From Octopus sinensis (Eukaryota), in NCBI RefSeq assembly GCF_006345805.1, contig NC_042997.1, positions 104,904,001 through 104,968,000 on the forward strand: 64,000 nt of DNA, given 5' to 3'. The notes beneath the pieces are model-generated. The model was given only the letters and a program-made list of their open reading frames with translations, was not told where the DNA came from and ran no database searches. Below are positions 40,541 through 53,329 of the stretch, one piece after another (within the stretch, counting starts at the first letter, position 1; each line of letters begins with the position of its first letter). Made by a program: the position numbers and the translations under genes.

Positions 40541-40935
40541 TGGCAGAGGCGTTAACACGCCGGGCGAAATGCTTTGCGGTATTTCGTCTGCCGCTGCGTT
40601 CTGAGTTCAAATTCCGCCGAGGTCGACGATTAAATAAGTACCAGTTACGCACTGTGGTCGATATAATCGATTTAATCCGTTTGTCTGTCCTTGTTTGTCC
40701 TTGTTTGTCCTCTCTGTGTTTAGCCCCTTGTGGGTAGTAAAGAAATAGGTATTTCGTCTGCCGCTACGTTCTGAGTTCAAATTCCGCCGAGGTCGAGTTT
40801 GCCTTTCATCCTTTCTGGGTCGCTTAAATAAGTTCCAGTTACGCACTGTGGTCGACATAATAGACTTAATCCGTTTGTTTGTCCTTGTTTGTCTCCTCTG
40901 TGTGTAGCCCCTTATGGGCAGTAAAGAAATAGGTT
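40541..40935 (+). mobile_element. SINE family B head-to-tail dimer
   Basis: The second unit restarts at GGTATTTCGTCTGCC (~40748) straight after the GAAATA tail of unit 1. Confidence 0.85.
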
Positions 40936-40982
40936 TTCCAATTTAATATCACCATTTTCTCACTCTCGCTCTCTCTCTCTTT

Positions 40983-41053
<71 letters not shown>

Positions 41054-41299
41054 GTCGTCTCTCTACCGGCGTTCATTCTCTTGTAAGCATTTCTGACCCA
41101 AGGCTTCGGCGTGTGGGCAACTTGATATTTTTAAGCGCTCTCCCTATTTCAGCCACTTACCAGTCGTGGTGGTTTCCTCCTTTTACCCCGTCTATGTAAT
41201 TGTATCAACATCCCCGACCCGCGAACAGCATCGACAACTATATAAAAACAACATTAATAAATTATAGGAAAATGAAATCATAGATAGTTAACGTAATAG

Positions 41300-41712
41300 G
41301 GCGCAGGAGTGGCTGTGTGGTAAGTTGCTTACTAACCAACCACATGGTTCCGGGTTCAGTCCCACTGCGTGGCATCTTGGGCAATTGTCTTCTGCTATAG
41401 CCCCGGGCCGACCAATGCCTTGTGAGTGGATTTGGTAGACGGAAACTGAAAGAAGCCTGTCGTATATATGTATATATATATGTGTGTGTGTGTTTGTGTA
41501 TCTGTGTTTGTCCCCCTAGCATTGCTTGACAACCGATGCTGGTGTGTTTACGTCCCCGTCACTTAGCGGTTCGGCAAAAAGAGACCGATAAAATAAGTAC
41601 TGAGTTTACAAAGAATAAGTCATGGGGTCGATTTGCTCGACTAAAGGCGGTGCTCCAGCATGGCCGCAGTCAAATGACTGAAACAAGTAAAAGAGTAAAA
41701 GAGTAAAGAGTA
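41300..41712 (+). mobile_element. SINE family A, full length and least diverged copy
   Basis: GGCGCAGGAGTGGCTGTGTGGTAAG through to the (GTAAAAGA)n tail. Confidence 0.9.
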
Positions 41713-42602
41713 ATATATACCGGACAAGAAGCCGAAATATGTATTTATGCTTGTTGGACTGTTACTACAGTTCACACAGTCTTCCTTGATCAAGTCCATC
41801 AAGTTGTAAATAGGTGCCTTGTGTGATTAGAATGTTTTAAATTTATTTTCATGGAATTGAAACCAGCAAACCTTGGTTCCTAGATCCGCACAGCTGGGCA
41901 ACAGTATCTATCCCTTTTACGCGAATCTATTACCGAGTGAATTTCTCAGTCGTCTGCTGAACCACTGACTCAGCTTCATATAATAACATTTTAGAGTTGG
42001 TTAGACTATTTCTAATCTGCATATCTTTCTTGATTTTTTTTTGTCTGTTCCACAAATGATCCAAACGAAAAGTGATTTGGAAATCCAGGATTATTGTTTC
42101 CAGAAAACATTTTGGGAAATTGTTAATTTGCCGAAATGTTATTTCCAGTAGGCTTGACTATTCTTTGTACTATGTGAGCAAAAACTTTCAACCACATAGC
42201 ATTGTAGAAGTATTATATATTCCTATTTTAACGTCCTAAATTTAGTTTCGTCTCGTTGTCTTAGTATTAGTAGGCAATAATAGGTCATATATGGTTACTT
42301 AAATATTTGACGTAATATAGATTTCAAATTTTAGCACACGGCCAGTAAATTTGATGTAATATTAACTCGGCCTTTTAACGAGTCGAAGTATAAATTTTTA
42401 AGGAACATTCATTAGTAATTAAGAATATTTTATGTGTATTCGCTTGCATATGAAATACTCCGTCATTATTTAATTGCTTCTGCGCTCGGGTTCAAGTTAC
42501 TTCATGAAGTTTAACCTTCACTCCGCTAGTAAGATCATTGTATTACTTGAAATTGACAATACACCGCCAAAGTTTCCAAAAACAAACGTGAAAGCATTCA
42601 TA

Positions 42603-43669
42603 CGGGCTATTCTGGCTAATTTAATAGTTTGCACATAAGGAAGAGAGAACAGAATATCCCATCAAAAAATAAATGTATTTTAAAAATAAGGGAAAATATC
42701 AACTACATTATGACTGGCAATTTACTCAAAATAACCTCCATTAACTGCTACCACGGCCTCAGACGGATTCGGAACCTTGTGAATGCGTTTCTCATCTTTG
42801 AACACCTTGATCTTGGTCACCAGCTGGCTGAGCGGTTGGTGTTTTTCTCATTTTCAGAACCGTGTCCACACATAATCTATCGGATAACAATTCGTATAAT
42901 TAGGAGGCCAGAAATTAAAGCTAAGGAAATCGTAGAAATTCTCCGACAACTACTTCCTACTGTTTCCGGAGCTATAGAAAGAAGCCAAATCTTATTTCTT
43001 TATTACTCACAAGGGGCTAAACATAGGGGGGACAAGCAAGGACAGACAAAGGGGTTAAGTCGATTACATCGACCCCAGTGCGTAACTGGTACTTAATTTA
43101 TTGACCCCGAAAGGATGAAAGGAAAAGTCGACCTTGGTGGAATTTGAACTCAGAACGTAAAGGCTGACGAAATACCGCTAAGCATTTCGCCCGGTGTGCT
43201 AACGTTTTTGCCAGCTCGTCGCCTTGAGGAGCTAAATCTTGCTGTTACACACATGTTCCATCCGGAAACTTTTCCAGCAAAGGAATGATCTTAGTCACCA
43301 GCAGATTCACATAACCAAAGCCCTGTTCAAAGATGAGGCGAGGCTTGACGTCACTCTCACTGTGGACACCCAAAGACCATGGTAGTTTCGAGGAACTCGT
43401 TTTTCACAAGGTCCATGTCACGCCTTTACAGTGTTCATAGAGCTTTGAACAGCAGTCATGATGTCAACATCTTGATACTCAAAGCGAATCATCATAATAC
43501 AGATAACGCTTTTTCAATATTCACATGACTTCCACTCAGTTAACTTTTTCTCAACAAAAAATTTAATCTTTATTCTCTCCAACATAGTTGACTGTTCTTT
43601 CTAAATGCATCAATCAGTTTCTGAAAGAAGGAGACATTAAAAACCGTCAAATTTAGGCTGAACACCCTG
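42603..43669 (-). mobile_element. Decayed Tc1/mariner superfamily transposon, maT/DD37D-like, with SINE insertion
   Basis: Minus-strand pieces read MVFG..SESDVKPRLIFEQG, QQDLAP, LSENFYDFLSFNFWPPN, and FRIRLRPW...GGYFE. Right terminus AACACCCTG|TA; a degenerate left TIR lies at 42603. Confidence 0.7.
42994..43225 (-). mobile_element. SINE family B with ~13-bp TSD
   Basis: Full head AGGCGACGAGCTGGCA; flanks GAAGCCAAATCTT (42981-42993) and GGAGCTAAATCTT (43228-43240). Confidence 0.85.
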
Positions 43670-44449
43670 TATATACGAAACGGTAGCTAATTAGCGTGTG
43701 TGTTACTTAGATATAAATATAGAGGAGAATATACACCCACGTGTTTCAAAATAAATTACTCAGTAAAACGGAAGGAAACGAGAATGTTTAATATTATTAA
43801 ACAAACAAGGGAATTAGTTCTGCGAACGAAAGGCCGTCTAAATGAATCTCGAAATTATCAAGTAGACACTTTTACTCCTTTTTTACTTGTTTAAAGTCAT
43901 TTGACTGCGGCCATGCTGGAGCACCGCCTATAGTCGAGCAAATCGATCCCAGGACTTATTCTGTACTTGACTAGTCATCTCCTGCCAAATTTCAAGCGTT
44001 GTGCCTTTAGTAGAAAGGATAATTGCAAAAGCTAAGTATTTCTGAAAGCTTATTCTGACTAGCATATTCTTCACATAAATTTTTTTATCACATAAAAATC
44101 AGAAGAGAAAATTTAACAAGTTTTAGCATCTCTATACAAATTATAGAAAGTCAGAATTGGTCATTGAAGTTTAAAAGAAATAAACATCACTACATTCAAA
44201 GAACAAATACACTTAATATTTCATCGTGTTTGCGGACTCCGTTACATTGTTACATGTTCTAAATAGTCTCATATACGTGTTCTTGATGTCCCTTGAAGTC
44301 TCATATACCAACCTTGTTTATGTCTGAGAACAATTTACAATTGCCATTAGGTGTTTTCTTCTGTCTGGAATGAAGTAGATAAGATCCGGTCTACATATAT
44401 TTCGTAGCGAGCGGAACCTCGTAAGTAGTAAATATCCAAGTGTGGTGTA

Positions 44450-46066
44450 CATTATGTTTCCTTTTATTATGCAGGTCAATCATTCCTCAATAAAATCAAA
44501 ACCCTTTGTCCGATTTTCTTGAAATTTTTTCGCGACATGTAGGATTATGTATCCCATGTCTCGTGTACTTTTCGTCTAAATCGGTGTACACTTGAATCGG
44601 GAATGAAAAAAATTCCCGCTTTGTAAGGTGTTTCTTTTTATTATGCTAGTTAATTAAATATTATATTAACTGCATGCAATGTGATTTAATTATAGAACAA
44701 TGCATAACCAAACCATTAATATATACGTATATCTTCCACCATATAATTATATTTACAAACAATTATGTATATATTTTACATCTTTATAGTCTCCTTTACC
44801 ATATATAAGTTTAAATATTCTCTCATCAACTGATTTTTTCAATTTCTCAACAATCTCACTTTTAATATGACTTACAGCAGTTTTTATTGCTTCCCGTAGT
44901 AAATGCTTGTTTGGACATTGTTTACCATTAGAGTATACATATCATTTTTTAAATAATTGACCCCAAATTCTCTACTGGATTTAGATCTGGAGATTGGTGG
45001 GGTGCATTCCATTATCTTATGTTCTTTGAAACCTTTCTTAGCTAAATGGTTAATTGTGAGTTTGGCAATGTGTAAAGGGGCATGATCATGCATAAACATG
45101 CTCTTTAACTTGAAACTTCGTGATGTTGACTTGTAACATTGGAAGAAGTTATCATTTAGAAACTTTCAATAATTTTCACCATTTATTTTTACTCCATTAG
45201 CAACTTTAAATGAACCTATAATGTCTCCTCCAACTCTAACAGCGCAAAACATGATTCTTCCACCACCCTGCTGTCTTCGTTATCGTGTTAGTTGACTTTC
45301 TTCATATAACACCCAGCCTCTTGCCTATTTCTCAGGTCCATCTAATGTTGCTCTGCACTCGTCAGTAAAAATCATATTTGTATAGTCTGTCTTCCTATAT
45401 CTTTTTACCCACGTCATGTCACTCTTTTTTTCTTTGTGTACTTTATTTAAAGAAGGCAATTTTGCGAAATTTATGACTGTGCCTATTTCTTTTAGTGTTG
45501 TATAACGTTTTTTTTCCTCTGTATATTAGAGATTCTTGCTTCTTCAAAGATTTGTTTTCTGGTTAACCCACTTTTCTTATATATACTTCTTTCGAGTCTT
45601 ATCTCAATTTGTGATGACCTTGAAACCCGGTTCCTTCCTTACTCTTACTCTCTCTATGATTTGTACCGTTTTTTTTTATTCTTCTGTGGTCTCTATTTAG
45701 CTTTTTAGAAATTACAATTTTTGTATCCACTTCTCGCAGCAGTTTCACAATTTCTTTCTTCTCTTTTGATGTTATATCTTTACTTCGACCCATTTCTATA
45801 TTTCTTTTATCTGCAACTAAGAAAAAAAACATTTCATATATCACATGGGGAAAAGTAGTATCATGTTAACTTGCATAATAAAAACAAGCAACCTATAAAC
45901 GTGTTATTTTCATTTTCGCTTTAAATGTAAACTCAATTAGATGAAAAGAACATGAGGCATGGGGGTGCATAATCCTACTTATCCCGTAAAATTTTAAGAA
46001 AATCGCACAAGCGGTTTTGATTTTATTGAGAAATTATTGACCTGCATAATAAAAGGAAACATAGTG
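44450..46066 (-). mobile_element. Full-length decayed Tc1 transposon with ~200-bp IR/DR-type TIRs and TA TSD
   Basis: TIRs at 44450-44653 and 45866-46066; TA at 44448-49 and 46067-68; TTTTATTATGC is repeated at both ends of each TIR. Confidence 0.92.
44775..45793 (-). pseudogene. Tc1 DDE transposase pseudogene
   Basis: MGRSKDIT..HTH, MIFTDECRATLDGP, RRQQGGGRIM, FMHDHAPLH and SPDLNPVEN, read across stops and frameshifts. Confidence 0.9.
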
Positions 46067-47349
46067 TATACCACAGGCTACTCTTCAGGCCAAGGATATC
46101 TTGATTAAGTGAAAATTTACACTGTTGCAAGGAGGTACATGTTACCACATGGAAGATTCAATCAGAATCAAATTCAATCATACATAATTTGATTGAATCG
46201 TCCATCTGTTAACATGTACCTCCTTGCAACAGTGTAATCAAGATATCCTTGACCTGAAAAGTAGCCTGTGGTATACACCTCGCTTGGATATTTACCACTT
46301 CCGAGGTTCCGCTCGCTATGAAACTTATGTACCCCGGATCTTATTTACTCAGTTCTGTAACTTTTGTATTCCTATTCGCATAACTCGCAACCCTGGTCGC
46401 CTACCGTGAAATATAATGAATTTTTTTCAATTTATCATACTTCGATAAAAATAAATCCACAACCATCCGTCTCAATAAACCACTATTGTTCCTGAAGGTT
46501 GTTTTTCAAATTTACTACGGATTACTTGAAGCTAACGGTCTTCCTACACCTCGAAACTTGGATCTTATATATATATACATACATAAGAGTAAATAGATGA
46601 TACATTGACAATTAATCAATTAATCACTGCACAACGTTGTTTCATCTCATTCAGTGTGGCTCCTCCTATTAAAGAATGAAATCTTCAAAGTCAGAAGCTT
46701 CAAGGGCGACAGAATCTGCCTAAGTAAATACTCATAAGCTCCGGGTGAAATTAACATAGAAATCTTTCAAGGTTCAAAAATCAGAGATGAATATTTTAGA
46801 ATTTGGAATATTTGGTAAACTTTGATCTTACCCACAAGACCAAGAAGTGAATTGTACAAATAAAAAACAAAAATAATGTAAGTATGGAATTCATAATCTC
46901 CACCAATTATAGGTATGTTTTATTCATCGATTGAATTGTTTAGTTATTTATTATATGGTTATCGCATGTGAACCTGTATGATAACTCCACATTCGTCAAC
47001 CAGTCCAATTATAGATGATGTATCACTACTGAAGGAAAAAATGAAAAACTGTTGAAGAGAAACCAAGAAAAAAAATTAATACATATGTAACACATGAACA
47101 GAGAGAAAATTAAATATAGCTCTTCGCTGAATATCAAATCATAAACAGCCATACGGAAAGCAATCAAAGGCATTGACAAGTTGACTGTCTAGTGCTTAGG
47201 CAAGAATATAATTTTACATTGACAATGATTGATAATTTCATTCTACCTAGAATTTTGTAGAATATAGAGCAATACACACACACGGGCGTGTGTGCGTCAA
47301 GCACAAACGCATGATTCCGTCAGCGCGCAAACAAACAGGTATCAATGTA

Positions 47350-48385
47350 CTAGCATTATGACCCGTCGTTGCCGGGTCATAGTGCTAGTGCATGTATATA
47401 TGTGTATATATATGTGTACATATTACATGTACATCTATATATATACATCTACACATAAAATACAAAATACAAAGTTATATCTTGATATCGCTAGTGATAA
47501 CTATACTCAAAATATATAACAGACTGGAATTGTAAGCCTGTCTCTTGCAATTTCGATCAATTGTATCTTGTCCTCCTTCTTGTATAGAAGTGTAGCTACA
47601 ATCCAGCCTACCTCAACTTCTGGGAGGGGGGGGCATTTTTAATTTTTATCCGGTACGTCCTACATCCCAGATATAAAGGTAAAAATAAAATATTTTCACT
47701 TTGCAAGTTCGAGTCGAGTACTCCCTTGCACGCACCGTTGATTCAAACCTTGCTTCTATTGTGGCGAATTTACCGCCTCTGGTTAGATTTCTTTCATAAT
47801 CGCACCAAGACACTTTTCGATGGTGCTTTCCTCCAGGTGTTCAAATCTTTTTTCTCTACATTGTATACTTTATAGACAATAGTCTTTTCTTTAATTTAAT
47901 TTTTTATTATCCATCTGGACTATTCCATTTCTGCACGCTAATTTTATCTTTAATTTATTGCCATTCATGTGAATCCACTTATTCAAGTTCAAGTCATTGA
48001 TGCAATTTTATAACAATTGCTATTTTTACTTTTGTTATGTTACGATTATATTATACTTTAGTTTGATTTTAATTATTACTTACTACATATAATTCAATTG
48101 TTGTTATTATTTTTATTGTTAAAGTGAAAGTATCTGTCAAAAAACAGAGAAATGTTTTTGTTTCACTTTTAACACGTAATATTGAAATAGTGGAGAAGAT
48201 ATGATATTGCTATGGGCTCGCTCTAGGCAAGAAGTTGAAAATTTTTTTTGCCCATAAAACTATATGGACTCTAAGTAAGGCATGTATAAAATTTAAATGA
48301 AATTGGTTGTGTAGTTCTCAAGTTTTAGGGAAACACACAGACAGACAGACAGATAGACACACATTCTCAGTTTTATATATATAGA
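47350..48385 (-). mobile_element. Non-autonomous Helitron
   Basis: Minus strand starts A|TCTATATATATAAAACTGAG followed by (GTCT)n and ends with hairpin GACCCG-N7-CGGGTC then CTAG|T. It sits in an AT target with no TSD. Confidence 0.85.
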
Positions 48386-48417
48386 TTATTGTAGATATTT
48401 AAGCAAACAAGCAAACA

Positions 48418-48491
<74 letters not shown>

Positions 48492-49724
48492 GAGAGAGAG
48501 AGAGAGAGAGACATACGTACATACACATATATATTTGTATATGACATACGGGGCAAAATTGACAAGCGCTATCAACGAGCCTCTCAGCGTCTGAGACACT
48601 TCAAAACTTCAGTTGATTGAAGATAAACCTCTCAAATTATGGCAAAAGACCGGGAATTTTGAAAGAGCTGGGCTGATCGATTACATCGACTCTACTGATC
48701 AATTTGTATGTATTTCATCGACCCTGAAACGATGAAAGTCAGAGTGAACCTCGGCGGAATTTGACCTGAAAACGTAATTTCGACTGAAAAATTATAACAA
48801 AATCTATAGTCATATATTGAGCTTTTACGCCCTTTTTGTTCTATGAAACCTGTACATGCCTATTTGTGTATTTGAATGTATGTATGTATGTATGTATATT
48901 TATAGGAACATCAACCATTGGTGAGTGTTTATGAAGGCTGGATTTCATATGTTCATCTCTATCTCTTTCTGTATCTACCTACCAATCAATCTACTTTTTA
49001 CCTATATATATGTCTGTGTATATGAATGTGTCAGTATTTGTGTGGGAATTAAGATCCTCGGTACGTTCCGAGTTCATGTGATTCGATGAAGTCTTCTTTC
49101 CTTTCAATCTACAAAAAAAAAAAACGTTGAACCCTGTGAATAAACGACATATTGGTAGTTTCCCATTTCACCCCTAAAGGAACAAAATAAACGAATAATA
49201 TCGAAAGGCAAATTCGACTTCGGCGAAATTTAAACACATGAAGTAAAATCTGTAGAAAAAAAATTTTGAAATAAAACAATAAATAATCTGGTTGTATACT
49301 GTCAATCTAACAAGAACGTGAAATATCGTTATATTTTTTGCTTATTAATTATTCATAAATAAAGGGAGTACCCCACCGCTGTATAACCCTAGGAAGCATT
49401 GAACGCCTCCTGATAGCTTTGACACATTTTTTCCCTGTGTCCTTATATACACATACGAAGGGGAGACAAACACTTTTAGTAAATATGTAAGGCTGAATCC
49501 TACGAATATATTGCATATTGGTTGTTTTCCATTCCACTTCTAAAGTAACGATATAAATGAATGATTTCAAAAAAAATAGCCATTTATATTGCGTTTTTTC
49601 GCTAGAGAGAAGAAAATGCTTGCCTCATCTGGACTTTTAACATTGAACATATTTATTGTCATTTCTTCTTAGTATACAAATTGTAATACACTACTTTCGC
49701 GTGTTTACTGGAAAACCTACTTTT

Positions 49725-50200
49725 TTCCGTCGAGGTCTTATATGCACCTTTATTAGACTCTTCTCTTTAGTCATTGTGCTATGATTGCTTATAAGCTTTA
49801 AGCTTATAAAATACTATTGATATTATTTACAGAATCGTAAACATTGACGCTGCTTAACAAAACCAGGGTAGTAAAAGCGTATGAAAGTCTGATTAGAAAA
49901 ACAACACTACGAACTAATTATAGTTCTTAAATTTGACGGATATGCGTCTGTTGCAGGTTAGTGTAAGTAGTAGCACAGTTGCCGCGAACACAAAGAGATG
50001 TAGGTTCGCATCCCACGTCGACGGTAAATCCTGGGGGGGGGGGTTCCGTCGAGGGCTGATATATACCCCATTATTAGATTGTTTTCTTTAGTCATTGCGT
50101 GTTGATCGCTTATGAGCTTGTAAAATACTAATATTATTATATACAGAGTTGTAAAAAATCGACGCTACTTGACAAAAATCATCGCAGTAAAAATGTATAT
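49725..50200 (+). repeat. Two diverged ~160-bp direct repeats flanking a tRNA-like segment
   Basis: TTCCGTCGAGG...TTATTAGA...TTTAGTCATTG...AAAATACTA...GACGCT.CTT...GTAAAA at 49725 and 50044. Between them lies TAGTGTAAGTAGTAGCAC...GGTTCGCATCCC. Confidence 0.6.
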
Positions 50201-50535
50201 GTATGCGTACACTACATAACTACACGTGCAGTTAAAAGGAGACGTATGAGTCAATATGATTTTTCTTACATACTTCCAGTTGTTAGTTTAAATAAACATG
50301 GAATGGAGGTATGGCTTTAATATAATTACGTACATACATATAAAACATGCAATCTATGTCCACATGCATATACACAAAAAAGCAAAGAAAAGCACTCCCT
50401 CACATACACTCATATACACATCTATACATACATATATATGCGCACACATCTGTTTATCTATCTTGATCTCTCTTTGTCTGTATATATATATATATATATA
50501 TAATTTTCTCTCTCTCTGTATACATATATATACAC

Positions 50536-50576
<41 letters not shown>

Positions 50577-50708
50577 CAGATATAGATATAGATATGTAAT
50601 ATATATGATATATATATATTATATATCATATATATACACTCTCATATATATATTCTTATATATATATTTATATGTATATACTTCTATATAAATGTTTGTG
50701 TGTTTGTG

Positions 50709-50768
<60 letters not shown>

Positions 50769-51349
50769 GTTAGAGAGATAGATATGGTCATCAGTTCTCT
50801 ATGTTTATAAATGTATGTATATCACCTGTCAGATAGTTAAAGTAGTGCTGCCTAAGTTGAATCTTGCTATATTTCATTATTTGAAATGATGCTGAGAATT
50901 TGCAACGCAATAGAGATGCTTATAGTTGATTATTACATTTGCGCACCTGTGATGTATTCAAAGCTAGGCTTTTGACAATCAGCTCACATTCTGCTATTCC
51001 ACGCCCTCAATCCTCCCACTCCTCGTTACTACTACTACTACTACTACTACATCCTGCTCTTCGTCCTTTTTATTCGGTATTTACCTGCGGCACCTACCCT
51101 TGTTTCTCATACTCTAAACATCTTTACTGTTTATTACCCCACATTATGTACCCAACATTTGGTCTAGTCTCTGTGGAACTGCGGAAGTCCTTCCGTCTCC
51201 ACGTTTTTCCCACAGATTCCAGTACAACTTAAACATCTACCACGCCAGCTTCACCTGTTCTGTTTGGGAGGGCCGGCAAGGTCTACAGGAGAGGCTTCTC
51301 TTGCTATATAAATATTATGTTTTATATACAGATACATATATAAGCAGGC

Positions 51350-51393
<44 letters not shown>

Positions 51394-51435
51394 GCAAAAA
51401 GATGTGTATGTAACTAACCACTGGTGTATATGTCA

Positions 51436-51485
<50 letters not shown>

Positions 51486-51924
51486 CATACATACATACAT
51501 ACATACATACATACGTGCATGCATACATACATACATGTATATATGCATACACACATGTATGTACCCATGTATGTATGCATGTATGTATATATAAATGCCA
51601 CTGCATTTAAGAAGTAAGTTTTCAGTAAGGAGATTTTGCGGATACAGTTTTTTTATTTCTGTTCGTTAACCTCTTACACGAAAACAGAACATGTGAACTT
51701 GTATATCATAGATGGGCTATCCGGCTCATTCATGGGCTATCCGTCTGAGTTGTTCAGCATTTCTGAAGGTCATTACGATAAAGTTAACTTAAATTCAACA
51801 ATTACATATCACCCTGTCTGTATAATCCAGATGTTTCTTATGTTGGCTATTTTGGGTAAGCTCAGCTAAATCAGAGTAAGTAAAATTTTTCCTCATTGAC
51901 TCTGTACAGCTTGCTTACTTACAT

Positions 51925-52125
51925 AAGTGAGCTGGCAGAATTGTTAGCATGCCGGACAACATGCTTTACCGCATTACCTCGGGCTACGCATTCTGAATTC
52001 AAATTCTGACGAGCTTGACATTATTGGTCAACCTCGGTACCTATAAAATAAGTACCAGTTGAACGCACGCGTTGATGTAATCAATTAGCACGTTCCATCA
52101 AAATATCAGGCCCTGTGTCTATAGC
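51925..52125 (+). mobile_element. SINE family B, old diverged copy
   Basis: GTGAGCTGGCAGAATTGTTAGCATGCCGG...TTCAAATTC...AAAATAAGTACCAGTTGA. Confidence 0.65.
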
Positions 52126-52972
52126 AGTGGGAATATAAAGATTAATAACATACCTTCTGTTATCGAACGATATAGTTCAAACTATATTCAATTTTTTTTT
52201 TTTTTTTGCTTCTCCATCATTGTATTTCAGCAAAATATCTTCTTGCCTTCTTGTCGTTTTCTGACTCAGTATCGTAAAGTAAAAACTATAATACTAACTT
52301 CATTTCTTTCCTATAGAAGCCTCTTAAATGAATGTAATCAGCTCGATACTCAACTGATAGGACAACAATTTGTGTACAAATATTGTCATGACAAAGTTAG
52401 ATGTGGAAAAACACAGGAAATCTTGTTTGCTTCGCTCTCCCATGGGACCAGAAAAATTCGTTATAGTCTACTTATGAGACTAAGGAAAACACATCTGTTT
52501 TGCAGTTTCTAGGATGCTACTAACTAAATGTTCCTCACTAGTTTAGAAGTTGACTCCAAGAAGCAAATAAATAAATAAATAAATTACACAGATTGACATA
52601 AAATATAAGAAAAACAAACTTTTGAGATCATATCGATGTAACATGTGGTTAAAATTCAGAACTATTCATTAAGTTTTGCTTATTAATTATTCATAACTCA
52701 TTAGGGAGCGTCAGTAAGTTCAGAAAATAATTAAGTATGTTCATTTTGCTTTTGATTCGTTTTTCTAAAAACATATATGTGTTACATTTTAAAATTTATT
52801 TTGGAATAGCGTATTTTAAATAAACAAAATTATGTAAAAATAATAAAATATGTAATAGAAGTAGAAATGATTAAGAAAATACACACACACAGAGGCACAC
52901 ACAGACACACACACAGAAAGAGAGACAAACACATTTATATTTATATAGACATATGTATGTAAATATATTCGC

Positions 52973-53073
<101 letters not shown>

Positions 53074-53250
53074 TACATACATACATACATATATACATAC
53101 ATACACACATACATACATATATTCATACACAGATATACAGATTTCCGTATATGCAGAGCGATCGAATTGATTGATATACCATATGGTATCCAAGGAAGTG
53201 TGTACTGATATATATATATACTTATGAATATATATCTATATACATTTATA

Positions 53251-53329
<79 letters not shown>

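Larger units (their letters stand above)
44374..46349. mobile_element. ~355-bp palindromic foldback element split by the Tc1 insertion
   Basis: 44374-44449 plus 46069-~46175 together form the reverse complement of ~46188-46349 (e.g. AGCGAGCGGAACCTCG vs CGAGGTTCCGCTCGCT; TTGCAAGGAGGTACATGTTA vs TAACATGTACCTCCTTGCAA). Confidence 0.85.

Noticed and set aside
42629-43096. 155-aa plus-strand ORF
   Set aside because: It is antisense to the maT-like transposase relic and runs into a SINE.
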